Part shown: positions 40,589 to 57,535 of the stretch, one piece after another
Layout of the letters: each line of letters opens with the position of its first letter
How positions within the stretch are numbered: the first letter of the stretch is position 1
Source: Ramazzottius varieornatus
Taxonomy: Eukaryota > Animalia > Tardigrada
Length of the DNA: 64,000 bases
Assembly: GCA_001949185.1 (NCBI GenBank)
Contig: BDGG01000003.1
Coordinates: 4,585,092 to 4,649,091, forward strand
Direction: 5' to 3'
Position numbers and translations under genes: made by a program
The notes under the pieces: generated by a model
Database searches by the model: none
What the model was told of the DNA's origin: nothing
What the model saw: the letters and a program-made list of their open reading frames with translations, nothing else

Positions 40589-41500
40589 ATGGCTCACAAC
40601 CTTGCGCCGACCCACGACACTTCTCCCTCAAGATTATCTGCCGCGCTGGACTTCGAAAGCCTCGGCAGCTCTCACTTGCCCAACTCGTCCAACCATTCGT
40701 CCAGACGAGGGGCGTTTGTGGTTGGAACATGCGTGGTCACATGCGCGGTGATCGGAGGTGTTCTCATCCCTTTCCTCTCGCCCGCGTTCCGCAAAATCGT
40801 CTTACCCTACGTACCTGCCACTGATGTCCAGACGAGGAACGTCTGTAGCGTTTTGAAAGGTCGCGCTGGACAGCGGCTGGTGGATCTGGGAAGCGGAGAC
40901 GGGCGATTGGTATGGTAGGTTATTTCGCACCAGGATTTTCTTCGCTTCTTGCCAACTTTCCAAGTGGCGCACGTTCTCACTGCTGTTGGCTGGAGGTGTG
41001 CACCACTTGGGAAAACGATTTGGTCGAGTTTGTTTTTCGAGCTCACATTTCACGTTGTGACTTTTCCTTATCGTTCTCAAGGTGTCGGCCGCTGCTGAAG
41101 AAGGTCTAATTGCCACAGGAGTGGAGTTGAATTACGGCTTGGTGCTGTACAGTCGCTTAGATAGCTTGCGGAAAGGATTTTGGAAGCGAACGAATTTTAT
41201 CCGTCGAGATCTCTTCAAGGTCCGTAATATTCCTTGTGCAAACTATATTGGTTGGTTTTCAACCAAACATCTTTGCAGACGAACTTGTCCAATTACGATG
41301 TGATTGTCCTCTTCGGTGTTCCTTCAATGATGGATCTGGTCAAGCAGAAGCTTCTGGTTGAAATGAGGCCAGACGCCATGTTTGTCGCTTGCAGGTTTCC
41401 GCTTCCGAATGTGAAACCTTCGGCGCAATTGGGAAGCGGAATAGACACCGTTTGGGTCTACAGCAGGTCTGACATTCAGAAAAGTCTGTCGAAAGCCTAA
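40589..41500 (+). CDS. FAM173-family (ATPSCKMT/ANTKMT) mitochondrial lysine methyltransferase
   Basis: TM segment, then PFLSPAFRKIVLPYVPAT, LVDLGSGDGR, GVELN, VIVLFGVPSMM, VACRFPLP..GIDTVWVY. Confidence 0.88.
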
Positions 41501-41935
41501 CGCTAACGTGAACTCTCTACGCGTACAGAATGCCACTTTTCAAAAACAGTCTATACTGCTCGTAGGAAATCTCCTTCCTGGTTGCAAAGTTCGTCGTAGT
41601 TTTTGAAGACTTTACCATGTCATGTTATGTTTCAGCATGGGTGTTGTGTAAGGGAAAGCCAGCGAACGGTTACGGAAACTGAGAAAAAAACCTTAGGGTA
41701 AAATGTGCATAAATTAGTATCTTAACTCGTGCGAAAAGTTTCTTGGATCAGACAGGCATAAAACTACAGTAAAATGTAAAGTGAAACGGCTTAATCTTGC
41801 AAGAGTAAAAACCTACCGTATTTTCGGATGTATGAGAAAGCAGATTACAGTCGCATAGCTAAGCGCAAGCAATTGAACATCACAGCGAACCGAGCCTCCT
41901 TCGGGTTTCCCTTGATAAATCTTTCGGAATGCCTT

Positions 41936-42871
41936 TTACTTTTTCTTGGTCAACATGGCTACCAGTCCAATAGCGCCCACAACAGTGGCTCCTCCGAGAG
42001 CGATCAGTCCCATACCAATCAGGCCACCTGAAAGCGTATCCAAGTCAACTAACGAACACGTAAGGCGAAATTCGGACGATACATGAAACTTGATTCAGCG
42101 TACTTTTCTTTAGACGGTCCTCGATTACATGTTTCAGGTCCTTCGCTTGAGTGTTTCCGGGTTCGGCTTTGAGCAAGGTATCGATACACTCCAGTGCCAG
42201 TTCGAATTCCTGGATCGCGAGAGAGACAATTGAAGCCATAATGGTCTCTTTATTATCGGGTGCCTCACAAACAAAGTTTGGGACACTGGCAAGCAGATTC
42301 GACAAGGTTGTTTTCAACAGTAGCGCACTCTTTCAGTGTTATTGGCTTTCGACGTGCGCCACTTCGAACAGCGATCTAGTCCAGTTCGTTTGCCGAGCCC
42401 AAATTAAACTAACGCGACTGGGAATACTAACTCGGATCTTGGTGTAACCAACTGCAGTAAAGAAAAGGCAGTCCCGCCGTGCTTCTTGCTGGCCGTTTTT
42501 GTACAAATCTGAAACAAGAACGACTGTTATGTAAGATCTTCGGTGATGATTATTAAACTGAAAAATGACGCTCGTACGTTTGAACATCTCAATTCCCTTC
42601 ATAACTTCGTCTGTCTTCCGGCTGCGGATGAGGCACCAACCATAGTCGAAGGCTGTGTTGTAACCGACTTTTCCCGTGGTCACCTCCTCCTGATAGCGAG
42701 CGAAATGAAGCTGAAGAAAATCATATATTGTAGTACAATCGCAGTGGTCGAGATAACTTCAAGGCCAACGATAAATACAAACATCAAAAAGGACCCCGGG
42801 ACTAAGAAGGTTTCTCCTTCACTTACCGTTAACTCGGCGGGTTCGATGTAGTCATCAATGACAGCCTCCAT
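41936..42871 (-). CDS. FIS1: Mitochondrial fission 1 protein
   Basis: MEAVIDD, FDYGWCLIRS, RRDCLFFTAVG, LLKAEPGNTQAKDL, C-terminal TM GLIGMGLIALGG..KKK. Confidence 0.93.
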
Positions 42872-43774
42872 GTTCGGTAGAATGGATGGAATGTTCTGCT
42901 GGATGACAAATGAGAAAGGTTTTGAGATGGAAGTTATCCTCCACGCGCCACTCAGTCAGCTGGCTCCAAGCTCGTAATACACTTGCGCTCTCGTATTACA
43001 GGCTACCGCTCCGACTTTCCTTGTAGTTTAGACTAGAAAGGTAGAAGCTTATTAGTAATTATTGATACCAGCGGAAAAATGGCGAGATGATGTTCTCAGC
43101 GAAGTCATGAGATTCGATGAGAACGAATAAACGAAAGCAGGGTGAAAAACATATATGTGCTGCTAAAGGGGGCCTTGCTGGGACGTCAAACACATTGATC
43201 GAGTGATTGATTGATTACGTTCCGCTAACAACTGGGTAGGACCGATATGGTGTACCTCATACGTTGATGATATTCAGTACGTAATGTGATGTAATCTACT
43301 GACAAAACTCAAAATTAGCTCTTCATTCAATCAAGGAATGCTAGCAACAAAAGAAAACCGTCTCGTCAAACACAAGTAACTGATGGGCTGCAAAAACCGC
43401 GAGCGAGATGGTTTAAACCGGGTGTCGCTGTCTGGAAGTCTGCACCATGTACACCCTACCAGCTTTTTGATAATGACTAATCAAACGCCGTTTTCGACAG
43501 CTTGTGGTTTTGGCAGGCCATGCGCAAGTGGAGGCCTCTTTAAGCAGCACTCCACTGGTGAAAAAAGAAAGACGGAGTACGGACGAAGGTGACTTTTTGA
43601 GTCATGTCATATGGGTCCCGTCATGCATAATTATCACATATACGACATACCATGTTATAAGTCTTACGTACCGCCCTGTTATGTGATGTCCAGAGTGACG
43701 TCTTCAGGTCGATTTCGAGAAATTTGTCAGCTCTCTGCTGTGAATTTGATCCACGGTATATGATGCCCAGCATG

Positions 43775-44656
43775 TAGTGATGTTGGCATATATGAGTATT
43801 ATATTAAATTAGAGCTTATTATATGCTTTTTGCATCTGATATATCATATTAACATTTATTTGATGCCTTGGCCGAGGTGGAACATTTATTAGTATTAAAT
43901 TAGATGAAAGCCAGATCTAGAATTTTATCATATTAAAATCAAGCTGCAGGGCGCTCAGTATTAAAATTATTGAAATGCGGATTTTTGCTTCAGTGGATTA
44001 AAGCATTGCTTGATTTGCGTCCGCGACAAGCGTGAAAATTTGCGCGGTGTGCTGTATGCCCGTAAATCTTATGCATCAAGCCCCTGCGCGTGTGTTACAC
44101 TCACGAACGTTCGAATGTGGTGACTCGATTGAAGCAGCTTATTTGATTGGTGAATGCAGGACTGCGACTTCGGGGACTCACTTGCATACCCGCCATTCAC
44201 GCTGTAACAGACGCATTGCAGCGCGATCCTGCAATGCGTTTGGGATGACTGTCATTCCAAGGATGACAGCACGGCTTGAAAGAGAGACTTCCCCGAGCAC
44301 CATGCAGAACAGAAAAAAGCCGCTAAAACTGCTGTTATTTTTGGACGGTTCCTTGGTAGTACTTTTAACTGATAATTCATGACCTTTTTATTGCTGGATG
44401 TGGATGAAACTGTTTTGCTGGTGGAACTGTTAAGGAAGAAAGTTATCTTTTCCCGTTGACATGTGGATCTAAAAATGAATGAAATATTATAATATATTAT
44501 AATAAGGACACAGCGACGCAAGTTAATATATTAAAATTATATTAGATGCTCTGCTGTCGGGGCATATTGTATTAAGATTATATGAGAACTCCGGCAGCCC
44601 GGGCTTATTAAATCAAGATTATATTAGGTCGCGATACCCTTACGCCAACATCACTA
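43775..44656. mobile_element. Non-autonomous hAT-like TIR element
   Basis: TIR TAGTGATGTTGGC/GCCAACATCACTA; 8-bp flanks ccagcatg/ccatcatg (7/8 match); AT-rich subterminal repeats (tattaaattaga-like); no transposase ORF. Confidence 0.75.
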
Positions 44657-44955
44657 CCATCATGTGTCAGATTATCAATTACGGAGTCTTGCTTGGGACT
44701 TGGAAATGCGCGAAATGGTACCGGCAGAGTGAACCCACTCTGGTACCGGCTAGCGCGCCTCTTCTAGATCGCTCTTGAGTTTCGACACAGTTGAAAGTTC
44801 TGCCTGCCAGTTCTGACTTCCGATCTCAAGTGGCACGCAGATATGCTAGTTCTTCCAGAGGATTCTGGAACAGCACATGTGATGTCATGCGTTCTTCTTG
44901 CGGTGCCGTAATCCGTATTACCCGAAATTTTGTACGTGCACCTGGCCTAAATGTA

Positions 44956-45473
44956 CGAGGTAAGTAAAGGACATGAAGTTTTTCAGTGGAAACTTCGGTC
45001 ATGGAAATTTCCAAACTGCGGTGTAGGGTGGCACCACAATATCTGACTGTTTTGTCACGTGACGTCTTGCAGACTGGAATGTGGAATCGACATGCTTTAC
45101 ATGCGTCGGAAATGCGTCAGAGGCTTTGTAGAGCATCCATTAATCACTTATATTATCTTAGGAGTTGACCAGAACGGAGGTGCGACGTCTTGGCGTAAGT
45201 CTCCGTAAAAGACTACACAAGCGCCTCTTCAGGCCTACGTTTTATTTCTTGTCCAGGCTCTTTAACATTGGATTTTATTCTGTCTCCTGCAGACCTTCCT
45301 TTCTCACCTTCGCACCGTCAAGTGACTCGGAAGACGGCTTGGCTATGATCAGAAAGACTTTCTCTATTGACTGACTTACCGTACGACGCAATCTGACCAG
45401 CAGCTACGTCAAAACAACCTGGAACTTTTCATGTCCGAAATTCTCACTGGAAAACTCCATGTCCTTTACCTCG
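44956..45473. mobile_element. Tc1/mariner-type MITE
   Basis: ~55-bp imperfect TIRs (cgagg..taaaggacatgaagtttttcagtg / cactggaaaactccatgtcctttacctcg) flanked by TA on both sides. Confidence 0.65.
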
Positions 45474-45934
45474 TAGGCATGGACAAAACTGTGCATAGCG
45501 GAGCGAGGGCGTCACCGGCCAGCTACAGCTCACCAATCAAATAATCAATCCAATGAACGCTCCGGTGCTCACAGTTTTGCCACATGCCCACATTAGGGCA
45601 GGTGCATGTGCTGTATTTTACTTTTGTAGTACGTACTTTAAAGTGTTTTTCGCTTGCGAACATTTGCTGCCACTACCGGTGGAAGCAAAATGGCGAGCAC
45701 GAAGGCAAATCGATATGTCAAATGCATGGCTCTAGTTGCTGTAAAGTTATGCCGAACTCCGGTTATGCATAGGATAATTAATTAATACATAATATCATGT
45801 CACTCGCTATAAGACGAAAACGTCGTGATAAAATCAGAAAAACTAGAAACTGAGTGAGTGCGCTGTGGGACTTCGGAGACTGGGATGGCCGTAAAATCCT
45901 TAACGAAAAGAGACTAAATTTAAGCGCCATGAAA

Positions 45935-47784
45935 CTAAATCGTATTCTTGGACTTTGCTACCGGAAGTGGTTTGGAATCCCAGTCTCTGCCCAGTAAGTC
46001 CAGCACTTCCGGTGGCAGCGGCGTGGGGTCTGAGGTCTCCCAGTTGTACGGAGGGTCGTTCTTTAGCTGGAACTCGATCGTCGTTCTTTTGAAGCCTCTT
46101 TCCTTCAGATATTCTCTCACAGCCCATATCAGCGTCAGACGCTCTTTCTGGGATGTGACGACGTTTTCCAACACCAGCCGCAAAGAAGCCACGTAGTAGC
46201 CAGCATGGTAAATCCAAAAGTGTGGCTCGTTCACTTTGTGTATATTATGCAGCCGTAAAATCTGTGAAGAAAAAGGCCCTCCAGCACGACTCAACGGTGA
46301 TCTTCGGACATCTCTCTGTTTCTACCTGTTCAAGAAGGCCGGGAAGGACTTTATCCAGTTTGGGCGGCGACCTCTGCATCGTGGCTGCTATTGACTGTTT
46401 CATCAGCGGTATTACTCTGCAGGGCCAGATTCCAGATTGAGCGTACTTCAGTAACAAAAGGTAAATGACCAGTAATTCCAACAACCAGTACACAAAATTA
46501 CCCGAAAAAAATAATGATGGAGATCACAAAAGCGCAGATTGGATCCGCACTATTATAGGACGGCCCGTTGCTTTCAATCATGTACGCCGAGGCGATTACC
46601 CCCGCGGATCCAAGAAAGCTGGAGATTGCGTGCCACATCATTCCTGTAGATAAACGTCAGGTTGAATTGAGAAAAGATCGTTGGACGCATGTCGATAGTC
46701 ATCAGAAAGTCCACAAATTATGGGTAAGGGACCGGCGGATTTCAAGCTGTCGGTCTGCCTGAACCTGCATACGCCAAGACACGGACGCACAGTGCATTAC
46801 AGGTATGCAGGTGCGTGCCCAACGGACACAGTTATCGGAGATCTGTGTACGGGTACCTCTTCTGATTTCCTGCTCATCCTCATCGTCGTCTCCTAATACC
46901 ACGTCCACTTCCAAGTCTCTTCGGCGTCGTTCCAGTTCATGCCTTGTTCCGTCTATAATTCAGAAATGACACAGGAACTCCGCCAACGTTATTTGGCATG
47001 GCTTATTCAACGTACTGAAATAAATCAGGAGAACCCCGACGAGGTTGACCAGCATGCCAGCTGTCGATGATCTTAGAAGATCGTCTGTCGTTATGTTTAC
47101 TGGATGGATCATCCTCTGTAATCAGAGCAGAAGATATCACAATAATAGCTAAGTACATGGATACAACGGCGGAATACGGCAGAGTGCTATGACGAACCGG
47201 AAAACCGTACTTGTGCTGCTTCGCCGCAGATGACAAAGGTGACAAAAGTCAGGAAGGATGCGCTGATCATGCCTCCCACCGCATCTGCTCTTCCGTACCT
47301 GGAGGACACCACTATTCAATCTCTCAAAGAAGAACACTTGAGAAATGGAACTTCGGCAAACAGAGTCGACAAGGTCGGCTCCCAGTAACTGGCGCACGCT
47401 TACGCCTGTTAGACTGGAAACGTGCGTCCCTTTAGAACAATCTTGTCGAGCTCGTTAAACTGCCGAGCTGTCGAACGCGGTTTGCTTACCCGTAAGTGTA
47501 TTTGATGTTAGGTCCCCAATCAGCTTGAATGATCCCCGATGCTATCCATCCAATGAGAACGCCCATGCAGTCACAAAATTCATGGAATGCGTTGGACATT
47601 AGAGCAAGGCTAGAAAGAACATGCAACGGTTAGTTACTTACAGGACCCTGAAGTCACAGCAAAAGTACCTGTTGGCTCTGACTCCGTTGTTCATTTCGGA
47701 ACAAGCGTGAGAAAAGATGAAAAGCAGATAAACAAGTATCATCCAGGAATAACCCTCAAACATAGCCCGCAAAAGACCCACCAT
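45935..47784 (-). CDS. Divergent cation diffusion facilitator (SLC30/ZnT7-like paralog)
   Basis: Spliced LALMSNAFHEFCDC..KYTYG|YGRADAVGG..|RMIHP..LVNLVGV..|GMMWHAISSFLGSAGVI..ADPICA..|VIPLMKQS..MQRSPP..EPHFW; intron positions match the ZnT7 gene nearby. Confidence 0.82.
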
Positions 47785-48192
47785 GATGGCGTCCGGAGAG
47801 CTTCTCCAGCCTTCCGCAAGATAAAGTTCCGAAAAGTACAAAAGTCTGACAACTGCCAAAGACCGGAAGCTTTCTCAGCAGTTCACGCACCTTAGTAACC
47901 CTTTAACGCTGACAAGCTATTCTCGAGGCTTAAAAGTCCCAAGTTTCAACAGATGTGAAAGAACAGAAAATGAAAGGTCGCACAGGATAAAAGGCACATT
48001 TTTGTAAACTAAGGCACCGGGAAGTGAAAGGCTAACATAAAATCACCAAAACGTATTTAACTCTGCGCCAGACACCGTAATGTACTGGGAAAGTTATGAA
48101 GATAAGCTGCCGCGTCAAAAGACCAGATGAATATGGGTATAACGACCATATACCTGAAAGTGAACACTGTGAGGAACTTCAGCGCCATGAAA

Positions 48193-51100
48193 TCAGTCGA
48201 TGAAGTCAGGGTGGTAGTTTCGTTCATCCTCCGGACTGCTTCCGATTTCCAGAAAGACGGGAAATCCTTCGTTCCTCGAGACAACCATCTTGCGATCCCA
48301 GGTGTCCAAGGAAATACTGTTTATCGTTCCATTGAACGGCACTGGAAAAGTGTAAAATTGTCAAAGATGGGTCTTGAAGATCGTTCTGTCAAGCGGCGCA
48401 CACTCTCGGCCCATAATCCAGGAGCTGTGCGCCACTTGGGATAACAATCTTGCATTTTTTCTTGTGGAGCTTCCAAATGACGTTCAGAAGACGTTCAAGC
48501 TGTAGATTGGTTCCTAACGTACCTTCAAAGACTTTGGAGTAATCGTAGGAGTCATAGATGATCAAGTCGTCACAGTTCGCGCTGGCGGACTTTCCGATGA
48601 GGATGTCCCCTGTTGAGTTGAATTGTAATCCAGAGTTCCTCAACCGCTCGAACCGATGAAGAAGCTTATAGTTCCTAAGGTCCCACTGAAAAAAACTCGG
48701 AGTATGAGTGTTTCAGACACACAACCGGAAGTTAAGCTAGTGAATGAATGGAACGTACCAGTTGATCGTCGATGATGACATGCACGCTATTCGAATGCAT
48801 GATGTTCTCGACCATGTTCGCTCGTCGGCCAACGCGGTCAAAGCGGTGGATCAGCGAACCATTCCTGTAGTCCCATACACATCCCATACTCATGACCATC
48901 TCCGCGTTCGGATGGAACGAAGGAAGATTCGGATGGGTTTCTTCTTCTTTGGTAGGACCCAGCATTGTGACTTTCTGGCTAGTCTCCATATCAAGCGTCT
49001 GAAACAGCAGCCATCCTTTCGGAATAGGTCAAAGTAAGAAGCACTTTTTGGAAGACTTACGAAATAATAGCCATGTTTCTTTTTCCATATGGCAGCATGG
49101 CCGACGGCGATTTCCGGGTAGATGTTTGACGGACGGAGAAACTGAAAGTTTTTGAACTCGACCAGCCGACGACAGCGCTCGCTTTCTTCCTCATACATCC
49201 ACAAATGGCTTTTGTTCGTCCTCGTTCTGGTCACAAGGCCAGTCGAAGTGGTGAGGAACGTGTTGGGGTTGTAGAGCAGCGTCATGATGTCCGTCTCGTC
49301 GATGCTGACCCAGTCATGGTGGGAAAACATAACCTAAGGCAAAAGATACCCAGTAAACTAATATTTCGAATTTCCGGAAAAGAGTCGGAAGCAGCATTAA
49401 CTTCAAGAGCCCGGCAAAAATATTCGGCCAGACTATTTTTTCCAAATGGCGCACAGTTTCAGTCTTTTGGCTGGAAGGGTGCGCCACTTGGAAAACTTGG
49501 CAAGATTACTGTTTCAAATGGCGCACGGGGTCGTTTTTATAAGGAAGAAGCATGCGCCAGTTGAGACGACGTTCTAGCCGCTTTGTGTTCGCCTCGGTTT
49601 TATTGTATGTTCCTTACGGATAAGTCGTCAGTCTTGACGCATATCAGATGGCCAGTACTGGCTCTCAGAATGATCTTGTCCTGTTTTTCTCCAAGGAACG
49701 TCGTGGACTTGCATACTCCCGTGTTCAGTGGCATCTGGATCAGCGCGACCTTCCTGGTCTTTGCGAAGACTTCGCGACAGCCTTTCCGACGGTAGGCCTC
49801 TTCGTTCTCCAGTATGCCTAGGCTGTAGTGCAGCAATCTTCTGTCGAGAGTAAGTGTTTCCTGGGCAGGAAATAGGTCAGCTTCTTTCTGGAAGGTTAGG
49901 AGGTCGAGGTAGGCCAGCATGTCCACATTGTCAGCGTGGACATCGTAAAGCTTTCGAAGTAGGACTTCCGCTTCCGGGATGAGACGGCCTTTCAGCATCA
50001 GATTGCCTACAATTTGACTCTAGTATACAGCTGCAACGAGAAAAAGCGTTTGGCCAAGCAGAACGCGTCATGCAGGTTTAGCGATGCAAAAAAGCAAGAA
50101 AGAGGAAGCTGAAAGCTATCGGAAGATCTCTGGCCATCTTTGAAAAAATAACAACCGTCAAATTTTTATCAGTCTTCATATTGCTTTTGAAACTTTCTCA
50201 TAACATGAAAATTTTTTGCTGCTACTTGGCTTTGTCTTTTTCAATGGGGACCAAACACGGGCAACAAAAAAAGGTGGACTGTGTACTGACCTAGGATTCT
50301 TGTGGAGCGGAAGAGTGCGCTGTTGACCAGGAGGTTTCGGCATAGCGGTGACTGGAGCATCATGGTGAAGATGTTGCAAATCAGTACTCGGGACTGGTGA
50401 ATCAGTACGATACAGTATTGAACAGCCACCTCTTTTCCCTTCGTCCGCAGTGGGTCAAACTTTTCGTGTCGCATGTCCCAAAGCGAGCTCTCGAAGATCT
50501 CAACAGCTCCACCTGCCCTCAGGTGGTCGATGGCTCGCAGCTGTAAGTCAGAGTATGAAACCACGAAAGCGTTACTCCTCTCCTAATCAATCACGTCTTA
50601 CCGTTGGAGGAACAGTCGCAATGGCATCGAGTGTCTGGATATAGTTCGTCAGAATCTGACTTCCGCCTACGGGATCGCCCTACAGAACCACGATCGTTTA
50701 CAATAGACCATTTGCAAGAGTGTTCACCACGTTGTTTGGAAGGAACTTACGGTACTCCAGAATCGGACTGTCAGAAGCTCATTTACACAAGAGGCCACAT
50801 GTGCTCCCGCCCTTGAGTCTATAGGAATACTGAGTAGGTTGTCCAGGTTCCCGCTATCCGTCACGAACTGTGAAGCGAACGCCGGGTAGGCATGGATCAT
50901 GTTGGCCACAAGCTACAAGCACAACCACAGGTGAGTGCTGACCGATGTGGAAATACAGCACGGCAATTGAAAATACCAACCTTGACAAGACAGGCAACGA
51001 TGTGAGGATCCAACGAAGCGTGGTGCGCCAACGTTCGCGAACCGATCTCCAGTACACGGTACATATTGTTCTGCAACGCTTTTTTGATTGAATCGTTTTG

Positions 51101-52409
51101 AACATGTGGATGCTTGCCAAAGCTGCTCAGGAACTCTGCGAACATTCGGGCTTGTAGAGTTTCGCTCATGGGAAACAGGGCGAAGTTGGCAGCTGAAGAG
51201 CCAGTAACCACTTCCGGTTCGCCATTGTCATCGGCTTCCACATCGGTCTTCTCGGTAGTGTTCGTGTCAAGGTACCTTTCAATATTGGTCAAATGATGCT
51301 CCACCTAGATAAACTTCATCTCACCACAGAACGAAACGGAGACATAAGCAAAAGGACTCGCCAGGATCGTGCCACCAAGTGGCGCATGCATCCAGCCGAA
51401 ACTACGCAAAGCATGCGCCACTTGAGAACTCGACAAGATCGTTCCTTCAACTGGCGTACGCTAGTGACCAATGGGACTGAAGACTTGCGCCACTTGACAA
51501 AGCGATCTTTAGAGCTTTGTTTGCCGAGTTTTCAGTTACAAAGTTTATGTTCAGACATCTTACCACAGTGTCGGCGACTTCGACAGGGCAGCTATGCCGT
51601 GCCGCGTCGAAAACTAACGTGGAGTACAGAGCGTAGGTCCCGCTCAACAACGCACGAATCTCCGAAGTGGTATTGCCTGACGCTGGAGCGGCTAGAAAGC
51701 AGATGATGGGCAGGTACTGGTCCTCTGTTGAGTACCACATGTCGTCTGGGCATTCGACCAGCCGGTTGAATGCGAAGACCACGGCGTAGAGGACCGCAGC
51801 TGCACAGTACGAAAGGGTCTTCGAAGTTCGGTTCTCGTACTGCGACGATTCCGACAGTGTTGGCGTCTCAATAAACAACTCCCAGAACTGAAACAGAAAA
51901 AAAATGTGCGAGAAGTTCGAGCCAGAAATACTCAGGACGACAACTTACGGGAGACCTTATCAAGGATTCCAATGCTTCACGGAAGATGTCGACTCGGTAG
52001 ACAAGGACGCGGCACAAAGCTCGTATCTTACGGCTTTCATCCGTATTCCGGACTTTACTGTACAACGTACAAACGTCGTAGAGAGCGGAATCTGGGTGGG
52101 ATAAGAGTTCCTCGAAGGCTTCTTCCGTCAAGATGGCTAATCTGTAAGCAACAGGTATGACATTTCGTGTATGACAATAACTTACTGTATGACGTAATGT
52201 ATGGCAAAATAACAATGGAAAACTTCCAAAGTTTTCTCATACCTGTATAAAGCTTCTTCCGTTTCCGGACTAGTTTCTCCAGTCTTCAAGCCATTACTAA
52301 GTGCGCGACTGGCTTGGGTAACGTCGTCCAGATACTCGTCCATCTTGGAAAATGCTCTGCGCATGATTTTCCGACGTATATAAGAGAGATGACTCTTTAA
52401 GGAACTCAT
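48193..52409 (-). CDS. DCAF1/VprBP-like protein (helical region, LisH-like segment, WD40)
   Basis: FHPNAEMVMSMGCVWDYRNGSLIHRFDR, HSNSVHVIIDDQL|WDLRNYKLLH, FNSTGDIL, YDSYDYS and LEIG resemble the DCAF1 WD40; LisH-like MLKGRLIPEAEVLL. Confidence 0.7.
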
Positions 52410-53028
52410 CTTTTTGCAGGCTATATTACTTTCCGCAGTTTCCGACACAGAGTGTCCACCGATTAAAGCTTCAGAGCCGTTAAAAATGGAGCAACGGGAG
52501 CGCTTGTATAGTTAACTTTGGGTTGGTGTTCTTGGTGAGGCAGGACACAAAGCTGATTCACTCAGTTCACAAAATGTGTCTAAGGTAGTCTGGTATCAAA
52601 CGATATTCCCCCGTCCAGCGCCGATATCCAACACAGGTCCCGGGATTCCACCAAAAAAACGACAGCAGCCTTTCCATCCAAAAACATTGAAGTGAAACGA
52701 CGACGCAGTGATGAAGGACGACGTGATTCCGCACATCATCAACTCGACGGAAGCGACGCGAAGTCTATTTTTGGACATGATGACTTTAATGACTTATGTC
52801 GTATGTATGTGTGACAGTGATGTCAAGTTTGTTGTCATCTTGTATGACATGACGTTGACAGGCTACTATTTTCGGGGATGTATCCATCCAGGATCTTTAT
52901 TGCCCCGGAAGTGGACGGACAATGGACAACTCTTTCTCCAGAAAACCCTAACTTCGGAATTCACTAGTGCCCAGCTATTCCTCAAGCTTGATACATCCGG
53001 ATAGCATTCCCAAGTTTGGTTATGATCG

Positions 53029-53979
53029 ATGGCCTTTTTCGGGATAACCGTCATCAAGTCGCGTTCCTGCGTCGCCATCTTTAGCAAGCGATTACTGGCG
53101 GAGCACCGGAACTCCAGGTCTCTGTCCTTCTCTCCTCTCTCTTTTCAACAGTCCTTAAGAAGAGCGGAAGAAGATGTTGCTGCTTCTCCCGAGGCTGCTG
53201 TTGCTCCCAAACCTGCTCCACCGCGGCGAATAAGTTTTCTTAGACCACAGTACGACGGTGATCCAGGTCAAAACTTACGGAAGCCGAAGCTACTGGACAA
53301 CCATCTCTTCGCCCCCTTCTATCATTATCCATACATCACAATGGTCCGCGCTCTCACAAAGCTCAAGATCTTCCAAACTGGACTGACGTTCGTCATGGTA
53401 CCAGTCGTTACCATGATGTACGCGAACGGCAACTTGTCAGCCTTATCCTTGATGGCAGCTGTTGGTAAGTATGCGGCAAAATAGGCAAGTCGGCCACCCG
53501 TAGATTCTGCCTGTGTGACGTCGGTGCGAAGTGATATCAGAGTGATAAATTGGCAGTGGCCGACTCCCCGTTCTTGCCTTGAAACAATCAATTTCTGTCA
53601 CCCGATGATTCTGAGCGCTTTCTCATTTTTAGGAGCGAATTTGTTCGCCATCGGCGCCCTCTTTGCTTTCAGTCATTTCTTCAGAAGATGGATTGGAAGA
53701 ATGTATATAGACGAGACAAAGAAATACGTTCTGGTTTCTCATTTAGATTTTTGGGGTAATCGTAGAGACGAGGTTCTTCGCATCGAAGATGTCGTTCCTC
53801 TTGACAATTCTGGTGAAAACGTCATGGATGTTTACGTCAGGTTTGACCGACTCGACTACCCGAAAAAATACTTTTACGGAAACTTATCGGCTGGTGGTAT
53901 TTTGGAGCCCGAGGTCTTTAAAGACGTCTTTGGGGTCCTTCCTTTGCTCGATCGACAACCGAATAAAGCAAAGTCATAA
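53029..53979 (+). CDS. TMEM186: Mitochondrial transmembrane protein TMEM186-like
   Basis: FYHYPYITMVRALTKLKIFQT, two TM segments, FRRWIGRMY..VSHLDFWGNRRD. Confidence 0.8.
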
Positions 53980-54167
53980 AACTGTCAGTCATAAATTATC
54001 CAGTGTTACACACGACTCCATATCAAAGTACAAAATTGTCAGACTGTACTCTTGAGTTACAAAATTGGAATTTCAGATTTACCATACTTCGCATTCAACA
54101 TCAGAGCAAGCGATAAAAATAGGTTTCTATCAAGACGGTACCGGTAAAAGTAATCAGAGAGTCATCT

Positions 54168-57535
<3,368 letters not shown>

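Noticed and set aside
45900-47245. Otopetrin-like channel
   Set aside because: The spliced reading gives clear CDF/ZnT motifs instead
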